Shown here: positions 56,939 through 64,000 of the stretch, piece after piece
Numbering within the stretch: the stretch's first letter is position 1
How the letters are laid out: each line of letters opens with the position of its first letter
Source: Octopus vulgaris
Taxonomy: Eukaryota
Direction: 5' to 3'
Assembly: GCA_951406725.2 (NCBI GenBank)
Contig: OX597833.1
Coordinates: 48,856,001 to 48,920,000 of the forward strand
DNA length: 64,000 bases
Made by a program: the position numbers and the translations under genes
Notes under the pieces: generated by a model
Databases searched by the model: none
What the model saw: the letters and a program-made list of their open reading frames with translations, nothing else
What the model was told of the DNA's origin: nothing

Positions 56939-57170
56939 GGCGAGCTGGCCGAAGCGTTAGCATGCCGGGCGAAATGCTTTGCAGTATTTCGTCTGCCGTT
57001 ATGTTGTGAGTTCAAATTCCGCCAAGGTCGACTTTGCCTTTCATCCTTTCGGGGTTGATAAATTAAGCACCAGTTACACACTGGGGTTGATGTAATCGAC
57101 TTAATACCCATGTCTGTCCATGGTTGTCCCCTCTATGTTTAGCCCCTTGTGGGTAATAAAGAAATAGGTA
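56939..57170 (+). mobile_element. Family A SINE with TSD
   Basis: TSD ggtat(g/a)tctgagagggg on both sides. Confidence 0.85.
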
Positions 57171-57199
57171 TATCTGAGAGGGGCATCATAAACGGCAGT

Positions 57200-57509
57200 T
57201 GTTGTTTGTTCCTTCTCGAGCCATGCCTGGCCCATAAGGGCCGGTTTCCCGGTTTCTTGGCATATAAGTTCCCCACCTGGACGGGATGCCAGTCTATCAC
57301 AGGTGAGCTGCATGCAAGATGCAGGAGGAAAGAGTGAAAGAAAGTTGTGGCAAAAGAGTCAGCAGAAGTTTCGCCATTACCTTCTGCCGGAGCCGCATGA
57401 AGCTTAGGTGTTTCGCTCATAAACACACACATCGTCTGGTCTGAGATTCGAACTCGCGATCCCTTGACCGCGAGTCCACTGCTCTAACCACTAGGCCATG
57501 TGCCTCCAC
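57200..57509 (-). mobile_element. Family C SINE
   Basis: Inverted near-copy of 5883-6172. Confidence 0.85.
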
Positions 57510-57559
57510 ATAAACAGCAGTAGACCAAGACAGCTCCCTGAGACATTTCACTCCCTGTT

Positions 57560-58460
57560 CATGCTACCCTGAAGAGGGCTCCACCAGTTTCTGTCTTTTA
57601 AGAAGTCATGTAACCACTCTCCCAGTTTTCCAACTGTGTTGAGTCTTCACTGTTTGTGATGTATGATCCCATGATCAATCTTATCAAAGGCCTTTGCAAA
57701 GTTGAGATATATCACATCCATGTTTGAGTGATTTATAAGTTGTTTCAGTACTCATTCATAATGATGTAGAAGCTATGTAAAGCAGCTTTTTTCTGAGCAG
57801 AAGCAATACTGGCTGTCAAGGAGCAAGTTATTATCTTTGACGAACTGATCAACTTCCTCCTAATGATTTGTTCCATGAATTTGTTGAGATGAGGTTACAG
57901 TGATAGGCCTAGAATTTTTAGCATCTGCTCTACTTCCTCCTTTATGCATAAGATACATTATGCTCCTCTTTAATGTTCAAATAGTTTACCACTTGCAAGG
58001 TGGCCTTGGAAGAGAATCTGCAGCAATCTTGCTAAGGCCTCTTTGCATTTGGTTGATATCATCATATTAGATTCCTCTATCTTGATGCAAGTGATAATTG
58101 CCATTCATTTGTATAGAACCGTAGTATCAAAGAACTTGTTCAGCATATTTATTTGCAAGCGTCCCAACAGAGATATAAAAACACTTTTGCATTGCATATT
58201 CACTATTTCACTTATCCTTTGGGAGTCTGCAATCAGTGAGCCATTTCCTTTGAACAATGGCTCTATCTTGTACTCTACATAAGCAAATCTTTTGTAGATC
58301 TATAGCAAAGTTTGTCTTTACATTTTTTACAGATGAAGCTTCTCCATTTCACAGGCTGTGCTCTAGTTCACTTTCAACTTCAGAGAGTGTTTGTTTAAGA
58401 CAAGATTCCTCACTGAGACTCATTTAGATGATTTGAGATTTTTGTTCATTGTGCTATTAG
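57560..58460 (-). mobile_element. Decayed CR1-type LINE reverse transcriptase region
   Basis: NMDVIYLNFAKAFDKIDHG at ~57667-57725 resembles the RT motif DVIYLDFxKAFDxVxH; many stops. Confidence 0.75.
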
Positions 58461-58599
58461 AATCTTCCTATCTCATGGAATTATGTTTTTCTGTTTGTTT
58501 GACATTTTCTCTGGAACAAACTTACTGCATATATATAGCATTATTGTCATTAAGTGTCATAGTTTTATGTCAGTACCCTGCATAGAGAGACTGGCAGAT

Positions 58600-58808
58600 T
58601 GCACGCTGTGCCGGTGGCACGTAAAAAGCACCCACTACACTCACGGAGTGGATGGTGTTAGGAAGGGCATCCAGCTGTAGAAACATTGCCAACTCAGACT
58701 GAAGCCTGGTGCAGCCTCCTGGCTTCCCAGACCCCAGTCGAACCGTCCAGCCCGTGCTAGCACGAAAACAGACGTTAAACGATGATGATGATGATGATGA
58801 TGATGATG

Positions 58809-58810
<2 letters not shown>
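58600..58810 (+). mobile_element. Family D repeat copy
   Basis: Family D body and (GAT)n tail. Confidence 0.8.
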
Positions 58811-58842
<32 letters not shown>

Positions 58843-59315
58843 ATATATATCATATTTCATCATCATCATTTAACTTCCATTTTCCATGCTGGCTTGGCTT
58901 AAATGGCTTGACCATAAATAATATGTCCACATGTATGGATGGTTGTGATATATGTGTATGTGTGTGTATGTATTATATATATTACACACAATATATATAT
59001 ATATATATATATTGATTTTTTATCATATACTAAAATAGATATTTGTATATCATATCAGACTTATATACAGCACGAAAAGACATGTTGCCGTGGTTCTTTT
59101 GGGTGAAGAAAATATGTCTTCATAGACATACTATCTCCATCCTGGATGAGAACACCATCCAAGATAGGGACAAGCACCAAGGACCCATGTGGCTGATTTG
59201 ATAATTGCTGAGGTTTTGCTCTATATGAAACCAATGGTAGCCTTGTCAACCCACAAATAAAGAATATTTATCCACCAATGTAGTGTTGGGCATTCATTCT
59301 CACTGCTTGATATTA

Positions 59316-59349
<34 letters not shown>

Positions 59350-59789
59350 GTAAATGTAATATGTGACAAATATTCGATAGCCAAGAGATAAAACTCTGAG
59401 TTTCAGATGCCTAGGTGGAAATCCACACTACCATCTCTTTTGTTATCTGGCCATCGGAAAAACGCTATGAAAAATGACCGTTATACAAAGGGAAATTACT
59501 GTGTTATTGACTGCTATTTAGACAAAAGCGCTATTCGAATGACCGCTAATTAAGGTAAGGAGGTAAAAAGTTCATAGTATACACGTAAGCGTGCCTGTTC
59601 ATACCTACACATGTGTGCCCGCACACCCATGTGCGTATGCATACATTCATCCACCCTCACTAGAAAAACGTACACATCTTCACTCGCATCTTTCGCCACA
59701 CACACATGCGCACCGTAAAAGTTCATACATACGTCTACATACACACAAGCACAAGAAAAAACAGGGTTAAGGGTAACAATACAGAAAAT

Positions 59790-60060
59790 ATATATATATG
59801 GTGGTTGTCTACTCCTTATGTAGAGTTTGACCACCTCCTGTACGTACACCTTAGCATCATCATTGCATCTGATGTGGCTTTTTAAACCAGAGAATGTTCT
59901 GCAAAGACACCCACATAGATTGCACATCTGATTTGGACCACCAAGAGCTGCAGATAAGTTCTGCTCTTTGTGGATCTTAAAATGTCTTTTGAGGCCTCTG
60001 TTGGATTTGCAAAGTTTCCACGAAAGGCACTGGATCCGTCGTTGTTGTGAGCTAACGCAA
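59790..60060 (-). mobile_element. RTE-type LINE 3' end with C2H2-like motifs
   Basis: CKSNRGLKRHFKIH and CNLCGCLCRTFSGLKSHIR, then short 3' UTR and TA tail. Confidence 0.65.
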
Positions 60061-60136
60061 TATATATACATATATACACATGTATATGTACAGACACATA
60101 CACATATATCATAATACTTATTTGACCAAATTTTAT

Positions 60137-60175
<39 letters not shown>

Positions 60176-60462
60176 ACTCATCACCTATATATGACTGGCT
60201 TCCGTGTAGGTGGCATGTAAAAAGCACCAACTAAACGTGGCCATTGCCAGCGTCCTCTGGCCCCTGTGCCAGTGGCATGTAAAAAGCACCCACTACACTC
60301 ATGGAGTGGTTGGCGTTAGGAAGGGCATCCAGCTGTAGAAATACTGCCAGATCAGACTGGAGCCTAGTGCAGCCTCCTGGCTTCCCAGACCCCGGTCGAA
60401 CTGTCCAACCCATGCTAGCAGGGAAAATAGACGTTAAACGATGATGATGATGATGACGATGA

Positions 60463-61140
60463 CAGTACCATGCAAAAGTCTTTGGCCACTTTAAACTATT
60501 GTTAATTTGTACCACATTTAGTTCTGTCCACATTTGCTTCATGATATTTAAGTCAGGGCTCTGAGCTGGCCAATCTTTTAATATGGTAACACCTTCATAA
60601 GCCAGACTCTGTTGTGTTGCACATGATCTGTGGCATGGAGGTCCACCATGCTGAAAAATCTCACCTTTCTCCAAGTCTGGTATCAAATTGTCCTTCAGCA
60701 AATGGATGTACTTGGCACTATTCAAGTTTCTGTCGATTTTAAGCAACTTTCTTGAACCATAGCTTTTTATGTATCCCCAAAGCACCAGAAGAATATGGTG
60801 GGTGAGGCATCGTTTCTCATTCAAACTGATCCAGCCTTTGGAATGTCATCTTCACTGTATGTGACCGAGCATTATCCTGATGGAAGAACACTTTTTGTCT
60901 TAAAACCAAAGATGGTCATTTTTCTTCTAGCACAGGTATCAATGAATGGTTGAATAACCAATTCCAAGCTTTTCTTCTAGTTCCTCAACAGTTACGATGG
61001 GATTTTGTTCCACCGGGGTTTGCAGGATGTCCTCATCAAGTGCTACAGATTTTCCAGGTTGAGGCTTGTCTTCAAGGCTGCAGTTTCCGGCATGGAATTT
61101 CTGGAACCACTGTTGACACTAGCTTACACTTATTGTCTGA
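60463..61140 (-). mobile_element. Tc1-family transposon remnant
   Basis: VLWGYI..KIDRNLNSAKYIHLLKDNL..IFQHGGPPCH..DWPAQSPDLNIMKQMW; TIR-like cagtaccatgcaaaagtctttggccac at 60463. Confidence 0.85.
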
Positions 61141-61333
61141 TCCCCATATACAATCTTAATCTTTATCTAGTTTCAGCTCACGAGCTGTGGCCATGCTGGG
61201 GCACCGCCATTTGGTGTTGCTACATGATTTTTCTTCACGAATGCTTTTTAGAAATTGCCATTTGGTGCATGAGAGAGTTCGATGCAGTTGCCCTCATCTG
61301 CACCTCCTTGCATTTTCGTTGCGTTGTGGCCTT

Positions 61334-61505
61334 TATTTACATCCATTATAGGACAGCACCTCTTCCATCAGAGGAAATAAGTTTCTAAAAACTTATTTTA
61401 TTTAGAAACTTATTTTGTCTGATGAAAGAGGTGATGTCTTATAATGGATGTAAATATCTTTTATAAGATAGTACAGGACCCCCAGAAACGGCTGTAGGAG
61501 TATTA
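61334..61505 (+). repeat. Inverted repeat overlapping a degenerate hammerhead-like motif (Penelope-like end)
   Basis: Arms 61334-61389 and 61401-61456; CTGATGA at 61419-61425 and GAAA-cggctg-TA from 61485. Confidence 0.65.
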
Positions 61506-61801
61506 ACCAGATTAGTAATACCTAAACATTTTATCTTATAGAATCTTAGCTCTATTTATTAACTTCATTTTATAATCTGTAAATCAACCTTTATATGAAT
61601 TTATTTTTTCAAAAAGGCTTCAATGTATATATTCATATATTCCTAATGTATTGATTACTCTATATATTTTTATATACCTATAAATTTTTGATATGTTTGA
61701 TGTATTGAATGGACTTTTGGAGAAATTCATGCATGTTGGGTCTAGGCTGAATAAATATAATTGTTTATGTGAACTTTATTTGCCTAACTTCGATTCTTAC
61801 T

Positions 61802-61836
<35 letters not shown>

Positions 61837-61876
61837 CTCTATATATATATACACACATATCTCTATATATATATAC

Positions 61877-61920
<44 letters not shown>

Positions 61921-61974
61921 CTATACACACACACACACACACATATATACATATATATATACACGTATACAAAT

Positions 61975-62005
<31 letters not shown>

Positions 62006-62364
62006 CATATATATACATACATGTATATATACACATATATACATATATATACATATATACACACACACACATATATATACATACATACAAACATAAATTT
62101 TGCAAACAACTTGCACATGCAAGTGGTACCAGTCAGCAAGTGTATGGGGTCATCAGGAGAGAATGCATCATTTCGCACCAGCCCCACTAAGTGAAATGAG
62201 GCCCTACTTGCTAGATCAACCAGTTATCAAATCAAGCTCAATACTCTTCTAGCCATCGTTCATTGTCTCTTTGTAACCACGTATATACACATACATATAC
62301 ATATATAGATATACACACATATATATAATTACATCTATATATATATGTGTATATGTGTGTGTAG

Positions 62365-62482
62365 TACTTATTCTATCGATCTCTTTTGCTAAACAGCTAA
62401 GTTACGGGGAATCTAAACACACCAGCATCAGTTGTCAAGCGATAGTGGGGAGACAAACACAGACACACAAACATATACATAC

Positions 62483-62554
<72 letters not shown>

Positions 62555-63010
62555 GCTATATATATCAGTTTCTATATATATATATATTTTATATATACAT
62601 ATACACACATATACACATTGCCCAAGTTGCCAACAGTGGAACTAAGCCTGGAATCATGTGGTTGGCAGGTATATATATACCGCACAGCCACTTCTCCACC
62701 TATACACACACACACGCATATATATACATATATATACACATACAAATACATATATATATACACACATATATATATATTTATATGTATATATATATCTTTA
62801 TGTTCTTTTACTCTTTTACTTGTTTCAGTCATTTGACTGTGGCCATGCTGGAACACCGCCTTTAATCGAAAAAATTATTCTTTGTAAGTGTAGTATTTAT
62901 TCTATCGGTCTCTTTTGCCGAACTGCTAAGTGACGGGGACATCTAAACACACCAGCATCAGTTGTCAAGCAATGTTAGGGAGACAAACACAGACACAAAC
63001 ACACACATAC

Positions 63011-63061
<51 letters not shown>

Positions 63062-63222
63062 ACAGGCTTCTTTTAGTTTCTGTCTACCAAATCTACTCAC
63101 AAGGCTTTGGTTGGCCTGAGGCTATAGTAGAAGACACTTGCCCAAGGTGCCACACAGTCGGACTGAACCTGGAATCATGTGGTTGGTAAACAAGCTACTT
63201 ACCACACAGCCACTTCTCCACC
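62365..63222 (-). mobile_element. Two tandem family B SINEs with expanded microsatellites
   Basis: Both end cagccacttctccacctatacacacac, suggesting a local duplication. Confidence 0.75.
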
Positions 63223-63517
63223 TATACACACACACACACATATATATACATATATATGCACACATATAAATACATATATATATACACACATATAAATACA
63301 TATATTTATACACACGTATATATACATTTATATGTATATACATATACATATATATAGATATGTATCCATATATATACATACATATAGATATATATATATA
63401 TATATACATATATACACACAGATATATATACACATATATATACATACATATATATATATATATATATACATATATACACACACACATATATATACATATA
63501 TATATATATACATATAT

Positions 63518-63574
<57 letters not shown>

Positions 63575-63623
63575 TATACACACACATATATATACAGACA
63601 TACACATACATATACACACACAC

Positions 63624-63674
<51 letters not shown>

Positions 63675-63731
63675 CATATACAGATATATATATACATTAA
63701 TATATACATATATATATATACATATATATAC

Positions 63732-63764
<33 letters not shown>

Positions 63765-63771
63765 TATACAG

Positions 63772-63821
<50 letters not shown>

Positions 63822-64000
63822 GAACCAGTAGAAATGTTATTATAGACACACATGAATACACTGAGATTAGAAATCATGCTTATAAAATCTAGAATTTCTT
63901 TGGCATATTTTGTACTGTTGCAAAAGTTATACAGAACTCATAAAAAAATGTCAGCACTTGCACGAGAAATATTTTCAATTTGTGAAATGTTTGTTCTCGG

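Noticed and set aside
59882-60071. C2H2 zinc-finger gene
   Set aside because: Degenerate fingers followed by a short tail and TA repeat match an RTE LINE 3' end.

Overview
AT-rich eukaryotic genomic DNA; the SINE families, (TA)n/(CAT)n microsatellites and transposon fragments point to an octopus-like cephalopod (inference). Most listed ORFs are microsatellite or SINE artefacts. Three real coding elements are supported: (1) the terminal exon of GINS2/PSF2 (+, 2890-3015); (2) the last four coding exons of a KIAA0513 orthologue (-, 23385-16915), with consistent GT-AG boundaries and phases; (3) an 815-nt terminal exon (-, 51105-50291) of an unrecognised protein with about ten LC8/dynein-light-chain-type motifs, a basic NLS-like patch and a C-terminal coiled coil. 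The rest is intronic or intergenic: at least four abundant short-repeat families, CR1/RTE LINE fragments, Tc1/mariner remnants, piggyBac-like and Merlin-like MITEs, a non-autonomous Helitron, a 24-bp minisatellite and a 100-N gap. Most worth following up: the multivalent LC8-motif exon and its relation to KIAA0513, convergent GINS2-KIAA0513 linkage as recalled for human 16q24.1, and several fold-back inverted repeats with minimal hammerhead-ribozyme-like cores (Penelope-like). Repeat coordinates are approximate unless TSDs/TIRs are quoted.
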